Of a stretch of 64,000 nt of DNA, positions 11,901 to 24,300 are shown one piece after another; the stretch's first letter is position 1, and the number at the start of each line of letters is the position of its first letter. The notes under the pieces were generated by a model. That model saw only the letters and a program-made list of their open reading frames with translations. It was not told the origin of the DNA and did no database searches. Origin of the DNA: Asterias rubens. Taxonomy: Eukaryota. The position numbers were made by a program, and so were the translations under genes. The stretch covers positions 7,192,001-7,256,000 of the forward strand of contig NC_047079.1 of the NCBI RefSeq assembly GCF_902459465.1. Direction: 5' to 3'.

Positions 11901-14900
11901 CAAGATGTTTTTTGAGAGGAATGTTATTTTTGAAGGTTGTGGATGACAACTGTGAGCAATTTAATTTTAGACAAGTTTGTTTTAAATGCAGGTTACATAT
12001 TCTAGTAATCAAACACCAGTATCCTCACTTGGTGTATTCCAACATAATCATCAAATAACATACTTTGGGGCTCAATTGGTCATCAAAGTTGCAAGAAACA
12101 ATAAAAAACAGAAAATCACCTTTGCTGCATAGAAATTAGGATAGTGTGTTTCAGATGCCTACGAAAAGTCAAGTTTGGATTTTTAGATTTTAATGGGTTT
12201 GGGATGGCAAGGAATTTAGCTCACATAGTGATTGGCTAAAGAAAGTGGTCTCTGTTGTCTTTAATAGGGGTACGGTTCCCTTCGTAATCTCGTCAAGTTG
12301 TCCAAACTACACATCCCAGAAGATATCATGAAAATTATTGAGCCAATCAAAGACAACGACGCTGCCATACGAAACTATGGAATCCACCAGGCTGTCACCA
12401 TGTGCAAAGAAATGTTTGAAAGGTATGTAGTTCTGATATAAGTTTAGCAATGACTTTGACTTTAAAAGGAATGAATGAATGAATGAAAAATTATTTGGAT
12501 ATGAATTCAGGATGAAAATAATGAGTAAGTTTGTTTACAGTGGTGAGGTACATGGCCTTCATATCTACACTCTAAATCGCGAAGTAGCAACCATTGAGAT
12601 CCTCAAGCAGCTAGGATTGTGGTCTGAAGATCCTGTCCGACGTCCCCTTCCTTGGAAGATGACCGCCAATCACATGAGGACTAAAGAAGATGTGCGACCA
12701 ATCTTCTGGGGGGCAAGACCGAAGAGTTACATTCACCGGTAAATTCAAACTTTTCCTTTAAAAAAATATTTGTCATTTTTTTTCTAACCAAACCTAACCA
12801 ATAACACTTCCAGGGATAGACAATTTCAGACTTTCTTCTGTGTTCAGATATACAGTTGGAACAGTTTGGATACAATATTTAACATTATTATTTAAACAAT
12901 TTTCTCTGGTTCTAGAACTAAAGACTGGGATGATTTCCCCAACGGTCGCTGGGGTGACTCCTCCTCTCCAGCCTTCGGTGATCTCAAGGATTACCATCTC
13001 TTCTATCTGAAGAGTAAATCCTCAAAGGAAGAACTGCAGAAGATGTGGGGAGAAGAACTCTCATGTGAAGAAGATGTATTTGAGATCTTCAAATGTTACT
13101 TGGATGGAGAGCCCAACCGTTACGGACATCAGGTATGGGAAGCTGGAATACAAGTTTTTAGAAAAATATTATTAGCTGTTGCAAACTGCTTAACAACCAA
13201 GCGGACTTATTTTGTAATTGAAAAATAATTGTTAATGGCCTGATTACTTCAGTTTTTCTCGAAGGCTAAATGACAGCACAACAAACATAAACAAGTATAC
13301 TGGTTAAATGAAATGGAGTTGGGCCCAGGTTGCTCTTCGGTAACTTTTAACTTGTATTCTCATTCCTCCCCCATCCTCCTTTTAGGTGAAGAGGATGCCA
13401 TGGAACGATGATGAGATTGCTCAGGAGACATCTCGTCTCCGTGACAGACTCATCAGTATCAACAAGCGAGGCATCTTGACGATAAACTCACAGCCGAGTG
13501 TCAATGGAGTTCCTTCATCAGATCCCGTCGTTGGTTGGGGAGCTCCTAATGGCTACGTCTATCAGAAGGTAAGGCGTAAGTCTAGATGAGGTCATCTTAA
13601 GAGGAACGAGCAGCAGGCCTTGGGCTCGAGCTCCGTTGTCAATTTTAGAACAGTGTTCTATGATGTTTCTAACATCAAACGGAAGCTGGAGCCAAGGCGT
13701 GATCAAATCAGGGCCTAAATTAACAACTCTGCTTACCATAAACAACGTTATTAATCATCCTTATACAAAGTTGGGCAGACTGAAATTCAGGGCTTGCACA
13801 GTAAGCAAAGAATGGTGATCATCAGCGCAGAGTTTGGCAGTAAGCAGAGCAATGAAATTGTGTCCAAAAGCACACTTTAAATTGGGTGGGATGTATTTCA
13901 AAAAGTAACTTTTCTAAAGGAGCCATATTGAACTTTGAGGTTTTTCTTTATCCAGGCGTACTTGGAGTTCTTCACCTCCAGGGAGAATGTTGCTGCCTTG
14001 CTGGACATCTTGAGAGACTACCAAGCTGTCACTTATCATGTGGTCAATCATAATGTAAGTTCTTATACAAGTGTTTTTTTTTTTTTTTTTACCTTTGTCT
14101 TGTCAAATTTACACCCTTCAAATTGAAACTCTTGTTTCAGGAATCTTCTTTTTTTCCCAATATTGTAGAGAGATGTGATGGATTGCTCCTTATACCAGTT
14201 TTAGGGTAATGTTTTATTCTTTGATGTGAAGTTGTCAACTATGACGCAGTATGAACAGATTATTAAAGGTGTTAAAGGGTGGAAATTAAGAGAATAGTAA
14301 AAACATCACCATTGCTGATTAATCAAATCTAAAGAAGACAAAACACTAAAATATTATTTGTTTTAAGAATAATTTAAATGCATTTTTTGAGATTTTAACA
14401 GGAAGCTTTAATAGTAACCAAATTAAAAACAAACAACAACAACGAAATTAATATTCTTACTTTTTAAAATAAATTGAGTAATTCTTTTGAGAATTTGACA
14501 AGAAGCTTTGCCCCTCCTTGTGAATGGATATTTAGGGTAAGGAGGATATAACCAACACGGATAGACAGCGGCCGATAGCCGTTACCTGGGGCGTCTTTCC
14601 AGGCGCTGAGATTATTCAGCCCACCATCGTCGATCCAATCAGCTTCATGACTTGGAAGGTGAGTCCATTTTGGTGTTGATTACCTTTTTTATCCCCTGGT
14701 ATTTTGTAAGCCTGGGCAATTAGTGTCAAAAACACGACTATTGACTGCTTAGTCAAGTCGCTACTACCGTTTTTCAACTACCTGTGAACCGTGCCGCCAC
14801 AGCTACATGTACATGTACTACACAATTAGTTGTGACTTCCTGCTTGGTGAACAAATTGTGTCGCTCAACACTATTCACAACAAAATAATTTACTTACGAA

Positions 14901-17446
14901 ACACATCAGACATCAGTGACACAAACCTTCAATCCTTTCAGCTTGAATTTTACTTTAGTGTCAAACAATATCTCCCAATGCATCTTTGGAAATAATTTGG
15001 TTGTGCCTAATATCGAGTCGAGACTATTTGAGGTGCGGCTAGTCAAGTGATTAATTTCACTAGTCGCCCAGGCTTAGTATTTAGTGATTTTTACTGTCTT
15101 AAGAAGGGGTTGTTTGGAAGGAAATCAATGCTGGTTGCGGTGCATTTAGGTTTGGGCAAGGGAAGGATGTTCAGAAGAAGAGTCTTTAAAGTTAAGGTGA
15201 TCTATTGTAGGGTTGAGAAACTTCAGACTTGTTTGCTTGTTTCAGGCTTTGCATTGTCACAATATAATCACGATGGCAAATCTGGCTTGAATTCTATTTC
15301 ATTCATTTTCACTTTGCGAAATGGCAGGAATAGCCCAGATTTCACCTCAAGATTGTATTCTGTTAAAATGCACAAGTTTGTTTTCATTCAATATTTGTAG
15401 AGTATTCTTAGTTGGTTGTTATTTATTGGAAACTTCCGGGCATGGCAATAATGGTCGGGGTTTTTAAATTAATTTTTGTTCCATTTTGTGAGCTAAACAT
15501 GTCACTATTTTATTTTGTGAGCTCAAACTTGTGAGTATGTAGGCAGTAGTTGTTGAAGATATAACTTTGAAATTAAACCTTTTAAATATTCAAACTCACC
15601 ATCTTTATACTGACCTAATTTTTAACGTCACAAAACGGATCTAAGAATGTGTTTCGTTTCATGTGCATGTTGTCATCAATCTGTGGCCTTGCTAGGTCGT
15701 ACTTTTAATTTGTTGTTAGCACTGCACTTAACCCCTCAGCCCCTCCCTCCTGGCTGCACAGCTCTGAAGGAAGGGAATAAGCTGGCTCTTACCTATCCAG
15801 CAGGCAGAAATGTACCTTTGTTGTGCATGTGGTGAGATAAGGGTAGTCATTGGTAAATGCTACCCTATGGTAAACTAAGAGCAATGATTGTTCAGACGTG
15901 TATGAACTGATGTGGTGATATTTGTATTATTGTAGTTGATTTAATATTGAATTGAACTTAATTTGCATTTTGTCATGGTGTTTGAACTCAACATGGAGTT
16001 GTTTCACATTGTCTCGTCCACATTTAAGTTTACATAAGATCACTCGTCATACTATTTTATATTCCTTGAAGAACTCTTTATTCCCATCCAATCCCATTCC
16101 TCACTGTCTTTGCCAGCATTTTAACAGGTGCCTCTGAAAAGATAATTGGTTGATGTTTCAACCTGCCAGTAACCCATCCCATCTAAACCGTCGTCATCTG
16201 CTATCGGCTTTCCTTTTACCCTCTAACCTCCCTGATACTAACTTTCCCATAATGTGGTAAAATGAAGCATTAGCTCAGCTTGGTCAGAGCGTGTGACCCT
16301 GTGAGGTCACACAGGCCGTGGGTTCGAATCCCGCATGCTCCAATGTATCCACATTACATGGGATCTCAAAACTTTCGTCCATCCCATTTCCCTTTTCAGC
16401 CTTTCTTTCCCACATCTCTAGCTCATCTCAGAATTACAGTTAACCCTACCATCATTGCTTTTATCTATTTATTTATTTATTTATTTATTTCATTTGTACA
16501 TAATAATAATTTATAGAGTGCATAAGCAGCGGCATCAATGCGCAAACAATAACATTCTTTAGCTACACATATAGAATATTGAGAAAATTATTACAAAAAT
16601 GCAGGAACAACATTAGGCCTAAGTTAAAAAGTACAAAACTGTTGACACCAGCAAACTCTTAGGGCTCGAATTCGGTGAAAAAATCCAAAGGCTTGTAGCT
16701 CAAACTTTTACTGGACCAGAATTTTGAACAAAAAATCTAGCTTTATTTTAAAAAGAATAATGACATTAGTGCTCAGATTTGCATGCTTTTGATTGTGATT
16801 TTGGTCCAGTAAAGTCATACTTAACTTAACTCACTGGATGATGAAAGGGTTTAAACCAAGAGCAGACTGCGGAGAATTGAAGTGGCAGGGGATAATGTAC
16901 TTACAAATATTTATTGTACATAAATTATATATTCTAATTTCCTTCTATTAGCTCTATGGTATGGTCATTGGTCATAAACCATCATGTTTTTTTACGTCAG
17001 TCCATTGTGTTTTTCATCCATATTTAAAATTGATATTGGATTAAATCAAATCATTTTGTTTTTAGGTGAAAATATTAAACACTTTCTCCAATTTCCCTAG
17101 ACTAAAAAAGAACTCCCTCTAAACTTTCTTAGTTTAAAGGGACAGACTGCTGGTCAAGTTCTAACACAAGCTTTACCCTGTTGTCTCGCAGGATGAAGCA
17201 TTCGGACTCTGGAAGGAGCAATGGGGTCACATCTACGAGGAAGGTTCCCCATCTCGGCAGATCATCAATCACATCCACGACACCTTCTACCTGGTCAATC
17301 TGGTGAACAATGACTACATCAACGGTAAAGATCTCCTCTTTGAGGTCTTGGAGAGGATGCTTGTGAGGCGTGAAGAGAGACAGAGAGAGGAGACTGAAGG
17401 GCCTGATATGGATGAGGAGATTTGTACAAAGAAGCTTAAGATGTAG
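8972..17446 (+). CDS. MTHFR: Methylenetetrahydrofolate reductase; 11 coding exons, ~672 aa
   Basis: Exons 8972-9207, 9525-9763, 10904-11023, 11656-11849, 12268-12422, 12541-12738, 12916-13132, 13386-13568, 13956-14054, 14536-14658, 17192-17446; phases consistent, 2019 nt. Motifs [64 protein letters not shown]. Confidence 0.97.
16264..16342 (+). ncRNA. tRNA-like element with non-canonical anticodon arm (pseudo-tRNA or SINE head) in the last MTHFR intron
   Basis: Acceptor GAAGCAT/ATGCTCC (one mismatch), D arm GCTC..GAGC, T arm GTGGG-TTCGAAT-CCCGC, A and B boxes intact. The anticodon region forms an 8-bp stem GTGTGACC/GGTCACAC with a 6-nt loop CTGTGA. Confidence 0.6.
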
Positions 17447-19949
17447 CCAAGAAAAAGGGAAGATACAAAGACCTATATTTAGCTTTAGTTGCCAAATTTA
17501 TGTTAGATTCTGTTTCTTTTCATTCTACGGAATTACAAGATCTATACTTAAAATCTTTACTTAAAATCTTTTTTAACAAATGTGACGTAAGGAAAAGTCT
17601 TAATGATATCCAACTTGAAACTTGGTCCAGTAAAAAGTATAACTTGATCCCCTACAATCTTCTTGATCGACAGCAATTCGTTTTTTAAAAACTAGGGCCA
17701 GGTGAAAATAATGAACTTGTAGACTTAGAACCTCAGTGTATATAAATGATAAGAAGGCTATTAATTTGTTCTCTTAAACTACAAGGTCAAACGTTATATA
17801 AAATCTTTTGTCTTAAAAGTGTGTACTACTTGTATTAAGTGTGTTTACAAAACCATTTATGAATTAAATTTTGAACACCCATACACAGTTCTGAAAGAAT
17901 GTGTATGCCACAATGTTACCAGGCTTGGTTGGTTCAAAACAATGTGGCGTAGGATCATCATCTATATTGACAGATGCTCTTTTGTCTCCTGAATTGGGGC
18001 AAGCTTTTGTGTAGTGACTCTGTAGACCATGAACATCCATAAACTATTCTACAAGAACAATTATGGCAGAATAGTACCAGAGTTTGCTCATCTGGAGGTT
18101 GCTAGAAACTATCTCTACAGTCTGAGATGGGTTACCAACATATCCAGAGTTTTATTTATTTGTATGTAGCCAGTGGCATTGGAGGTTAAGACTTACAATT
18201 CACTGTTATCTTTTTAGTTTGTGGCATTGTGACTGGCTTATTGTCTTGTTTGTGTTTTCCATTGTTCTTTTTGAAATATATGCCGAAAAATAAATTATAA
18301 CTATAAGTTTTAAGCTTTCTAAAGCTAATGAACTGAACTATAAGTTTTAAGCATTCTAAAGCTAATGAACTGAAGAAGTTGAAATCAGAGTTCAATATAA
18401 TAAGAAATTCCATCCTTGCTTGGGTTTTGTGGTGATTTTTGAGTCTTAGTGGCACTAAAAAGGTTCTTAATGTATTCTAGTATTAGAGAAAGACACTTCT
18501 TTAAAACTGTTTTAATTCTTAATTTTTTTTCTCTATATTTCTCTTACATTCTCATATTATACCAAGTATACTTAAGCCACATCATATCCTTGTGTATATT
18601 AATTTAAATTAATAATACCTTTTGAATATTTTCTCCTTCTACATTTTACCCTGCAATGTTTCTGGAAATACTTGACCCAACAATAGAAATTCAATTGTGT
18701 ACTTTAAAAAAGCAGTTGACCTGGTTTAAAAAAAAAACAATTTTTAAATTTTTAAATTGTTTTATTAGAAATTTAAATAAATAAATTCAGAGTGGTTGGA
18801 TGCATTTATAAAAGAGTTAGATAATTTCAAGAAGTTGTGAAACTTTGACAAATTCGGTCACCCTGAACTTGAGATGACTTGATGTATCGTTTTAATGAGA
18901 TTTTTGGCCAAGCCTGAAAAATTTGAATTGCTAAGCAAGGTTTAAATATACATAAAGATTTATTTTTGAACAATCACAAACTCTAAGCTCGGCCCAAAGA
19001 GGACTGAAACCTAAAAAGATCAAGGCCTGTCTGCTCCGAGCTGACTGTGTCTTTCTTGGGCTTGCAAAGTCCTTTTCTTCTTAAAGTTTAAGTTTCAACA
19101 AGTTTTTATAAATGTGTCCCACCTTTTCATCTGCCAGGTAGTGAAAGACCAGTGACGTTAGAGTAATGGTCATTAAAGTACTCCATGTTATCTATTACTA
19201 TAGTATTAGTAAATTTTGTATCCCTTTCTATCTTTTTTTTTACTTCTGTGCTGAAATGAATTATTTATTTTATGTTTCACTAATTGATTTCATTAAACTT
19301 TTAACAAGCCCTTGCCCTTCAATCGTTTTGTCAAACTGTGCCATTATTATTTCACCATGGTTACACTTAACTGCCTTAGTAATCGGTTTTTACCCGATAT
19401 TAACATTTTATGAGAAGTGCCGCTTGACTTGCACGTTCACACACAGTTGTCGGCTATGTTTGCAATTTATGATACGCATTGCAAACATTATAAAAGTTGT
19501 GCAATACACTATAACACAAAGCAGTCTTGCAACCACAGGCAGCGTGCTGCATCAATACCTCTCGTCACTAATCCGAGATGTGCTGTAAAATAACGCTGCT
19601 TACAATAAGTGACTGCTCTATATGACTATGTGCGCACTTGTTATAAACTTTTGAGCACTTTAGGGATGCTAAGTATAGTTGTGTCAAAATGAAAGTGTTT
19701 GACAACTCCAGTTGGAGTGAATTATGTTTTTACATGGTCAACCTAAACTGCACAGTAACACATGTTGCAATACAAAGACGAATGAGAGGCGACACCCTAT
19801 ATATGAGCCCATGCAATGAAGGGTCTAGTTCATATAATAACTTACACGCTACACTGGAGTCACTGGAAAGGATTGTCATAGATGTTTAATGGTGACAGGA
19901 AAGGAAATCTAACAAAATAAATAAGTATAATACATGTAGACCATTTTAA

Positions 19950-20329
19950 AGGCAGTGGGCACTATTGGTAATTGTCAAAGACTAGCCTCCACAGTTGATG
20001 TATCTCAACATCTGCATATGTAAAATAACAAACCTGTGAAAATTTTAGCTCAATCGGTCATCGAATTTGCGAGATAATGAAAAAAAAAAACACCCTTGTC
20101 ACACGAAGTTGTGTGCGTTTAGATGCTTGATTTCGAGACCTCAAGCTCTAAATCTGAGGTCTCAAAATCAAATTCATGGAAAATTACTTCTTTCTTGAAA
20201 ACTATGGCACTTCAGAGGGAGCCATTTCTCACAATGTTTTATACCATCAACCTCTCCCCATTACTCGTCACCCAGAAAGGTTTTATGCCAATAATTATTT
20301 TGAGAAATTACCAGTAGTGTCCACTGCCT
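19950..20329. mobile_element. Kolobok-type MITE, family A
   Basis: TTAA|AGGCAGTGG...CCACTGCCT|TTAA; same ~380-bp sequence as the copies at 27021 and 44435. Confidence 0.85.
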
Positions 20330-20988
20330 TTAAATATTGCTTAGTCATTTGGCCAATCAAATACCATGTTTTGTGAGCCTTCATTTGCATTCAGAGATGC
20401 TCGACAATGTAATGGTGAATAACATGGGAAATTATTTTGTTCCATTATAAAGACTCGGAAAGTACTGCAGCTACAATCTCTTATAACTATAGACGATGTG
20501 ACCTTTGACGTCACTCAAAAACCATAACAATGATTCGCGCGCATACCGCCGGGCAAAACCTTTGTGTTTTGGCAGCCAGCTAGAAAGTGTATGCAATCTT
20601 ACGTCTTTTTGCCCGGCGAAACATTGCACGTATACAGTGTTTTGTCAACAGAGGGCCGTTTGAATGTAAACATGGGTCACACCGTCTATACATTGTACAT
20701 CACTAAAGAAAAAAAATACAAATAATCTGTTCATATTTATTATATATAAAAAGTTGCATCAGATATTTATCATATTTCTTCCCTACTAAACCCACCCTTC
20801 AAATATGCACTCTCTTTCTTGTAAACTTCACTGTCAATAAAAAAAGCAAAATACAGGTATATTAAATGGTCCCACTTTTAAACCCAAGCAGAGTCATTGT
20901 CAAAGGCCATATGACAAGACAACACAAAACCAGTGACTGGTGTAAGAGAAGTCAAGTGGATAAAAGTGAAACAAGATTTACAAAATAG

Positions 20989-21120
20989 CTCCCTCTCTCC
21001 CTCTTCATTTCTTTCAAAATGGCTCCCTCTCTCCCTCTCCATTTCTTTCAAAATGGCTCCCTCTCTTCCTCTCCATTTCGTTCAAAATGGCTCCCTCTCT
21101 CCCTCTCCATTTCTTTCCAA
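20989..21120. repeat. 34-bp minisatellite, ~4 copies
   Basis: Unit CTCCCTCTCTCCCTCTCCATTTCTTTCAAAATGG. Confidence 0.9.
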
Positions 21121-21330
21121 TTTTCTGTTACACACTAGTACATATTCCTGATCATGTATGTTGTGTTGTCGTTTAGCTTTTGAGAAAGACTCTGCGAGGG
21201 CTAAAACGTCCGGCCACTATCTATTCATTTGCATTTATACCATACGTTCTTATGGTTACAATCGTCTAATTCTGATTTCGACAACTAAAAATAGAAGTGG
21301 AATTGTACAGTTTGTTGTTCTGATTCCAAC

Positions 21331-24300
21331 TCAGTTCTTGAGTGCCATGTATTTCCTCATGTGTGAAGCAATTCCTCCAGCGACTTGTTCGTCGTTCTTG
21401 TTCTGACCGAAATAATCCACAAACTCCCCGTCTGGGTTCATGAGATACATGATGATTGTGTGGTCCACCTGTGTAAATATTCAAACACAAAAACAAAAAT
21501 AAGAGAGGTTGAACTATTGCTCATGGAAGAGAACATTCTAGCTGTATTATTTTCCTTTGGCAATTTTATCCCTACACCAAAGTGTGACGCTAGCTTTCCA
21601 AATAACATTTAGTCTGTAAAAGGGTGAATTAAGGTTCATCACATTTAAAGTTTTGAACTAAATGTTTTACAAAATCACAAATTAATAAACCACAAGGGAA
21701 AGTGGGTTCAATGTTATTCCACAAGAATTTACTAGAACAGGCTTTGAACCTGGGACGTCCGGACTGACTTGCAGGCGCTCTACCAACTCAGCTGTCTAGC
21801 CCTAATGCAGGTGGCCTCTCTACTTTTTCAATCGTTGTTTGGGGAGCCAGTGAGAAAGCCCTTCAACCTTAAACTACCATAATATAGCCACGGATAACAC
21901 CCATGTAATGTATGAGGTCAAGCAGATGTCAAAGGTCATGCAGATGTCAAAGGTGAAATGAGAGTGACTTACAATGTAATCGTTATCATCGTCCTTGGGT
22001 CCTTGGCTGTGATAGACGCGGAAGTTTCTCGCTACTTCGTCAACCTGTTCCTTTGTTCCAGTCAGCCCTATTAAGCCTGGATAAAATTCTGTGGAGGAAT
22101 AGAGAATGAATGAAGGAATGAGACAATTTTAGGCTACAAACACCAAGGGTGCAGATGGATTCATCTGCCACCACTTCAAGGTGAGGGCTACATTTAACTG
22201 GTTTGGGCTACCGACCCAGATCAACTGTCACCAGGAGCCTGTTGCCACATGTACTCATGGGGCTTAAACAGGGTTACCCCCTTCACAGTCTGGCTAGGCT
22301 ATCATCCACTAGGAGCCTGACTGGTAGAGGAGAATTTCCCCGTCTTGGTGGTTTTTTTTCCAGCAAGTTGACCAACCATTTGAAACCAAGTGTGATCGTA
22401 GACTTACCTTTTACATATTCTGCGACCACTTCCACAGTGTCCCTCTCTGGGTCGATGGTAATGAATAATGGAGTCACATCAGGAAGATTGGGACTTTTAT
22501 CTGAAGAAGATAATAAGTAGTAAAATTACACAAATAATAAATGTTTTTGAGTGCAAGGACGAGAATAATTTATGCTCCATTCGGTTGAGTCCATCAAGAA
22601 GATCGGTTGTCAATCACTTCTTCTCAGAACAACCAATCACAAGACAACATTTATTTACTTGATATCAACACAAATTTCTCGTTCCATTCAACTTTAAACA
22701 GAAGGACTAAGTAAAGTTTCAGGCCTGGAATTTCATCTTTGAGAGGGCAAGGCCATTTTCATTAAGCAATGGGCACTTCCATTAAAAAATCTTTAAGTCT
22801 ATGAGAAACCTTTGAAGGGGGCAACGAAGGCCAGTACCAACCAGTACCAACCAGTACCAGGGGCAACACAGGCCATGTGCTCCGTGACCTTCGTGTAATT
22901 CCAGGCCTGCAGTTTCCAATTTGTGCTCATCAAATTACCTTTCATTAATTATTTTGATCAGTGTTATTTCCTACTTACGTATTTTCTCGACAGCTATTGC
23001 CATTTTTTCCAATTCGTCCGGGCAGATGTCTGGACAATGTGTAAACCCAAAGTACAGCAATAGCCATTGGCCGAGATAGTCTTTGTTTGTCATTGGTTTC
23101 CCAGTGTGATCAACCAATGAGAACGGGCCTCCTATGGCCGCTTTGCCAACCGCTCTACTCCTCTCTTTTTCAACCTCTGTAAAAAACAAGAAAGATACGT
23201 AAAGATTAGACCCTTCTCGGTATGCACTAACACTTCCGATTGGCAAAACAAGAGCAGCATTTTGTATGTGGCGTGATGCGTACACACTGTGCGACTTCTG
23301 ATCCAAGTATAATTATGTCTTTAAAGTGTTTGCGAACTATTAGTGTCTATGCACAACAAATGTAAATTTTAGCATATTTCTTGTGAAGGGATTATAATTG
23401 TTAATTGGGCCTTCAGTATCATATCCTATAGATATCCAACATTTTTCTATATAGGATGTTGGAGCATTACTTGGTTCACTTGAATTCATTTCTTACCTAA
23501 TTGTTTCTTGCGTTGTGCAAACTTAAAGCCGACCAATAGAGTGCCACTGAGAATAAACGTCACCAAAACAGTCTTCCATGTCACAGGCTGAAATTAAATT
23601 TCCAAAACAAATATACAAACAATAATTCACAATGTGGACAAGATGTTGCCAATTACTTTCTCCATTCCTGCAATCCAATGTCATTCAGTTGTTTTCACTG
23701 GGCGTGTCACATGAAACTTACTAAACAGGGAAACATTAAATACAACAATTGTTGTTTTACACACCGATTTCTTGTCACCACTGTTCTTGCCGCCAGCTTT
23801 CGTGGCGTAACATCGCTGACTGAGAGAGATTTTGGAGAATGTTTTTATGTCTGGTTGGTTATGCCTTGTTCCACTGTTGCATAAATGACCTTGGTTACCA
23901 ACACAGCTCAGATGCCGACAGAGGTAGCACTGGAATAAAAACACACAAATATAATTTTTTTTATTAAATAAAAACAATGATTTAAGTATACCTTTATCTT
24001 TACCTTTTATTTTGCTGGTACTGATAACTGAAAAGGCTCAGTGACAAGTTTTTTTTTTTTTTTTTTTTTAGGGGGGGGGGATTTGTATGGGGCGCCATTT
24101 GTCCATTAATTGTTTGACACTTTTAAGGCATGTTTTTACCATGGTTTACAGCAATTAGATGTAAACCATAGAAACTGTTGCCAAATCCTGTTATGGTTTA
24201 CATACCAGTAAAGTATTTGTTGTGTATAAGTTTATGGTTTACAAACCATGAACATACAAAAACCATTTACAAATCATGGTTTGTGACCATGGTTTATAAA

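Noticed and set aside
11750-13080. Variants at positions matching human MTHFR A222V and E429A
   Set aside because: Both positions keep the reference residue (FFKASE; LSCEED).
15047-15400. 117-aa ORF in the last MTHFR intron
   Set aside because: GTG start, no motif and no usable splice phase; possibly decayed repeat sequence.
20123-20376. Recurrent short ORFs (also 27033-27286, 44607-44851, 2691-2903)
   Set aside because: They are translations of the same non-coding MITE, with no transposase motifs.
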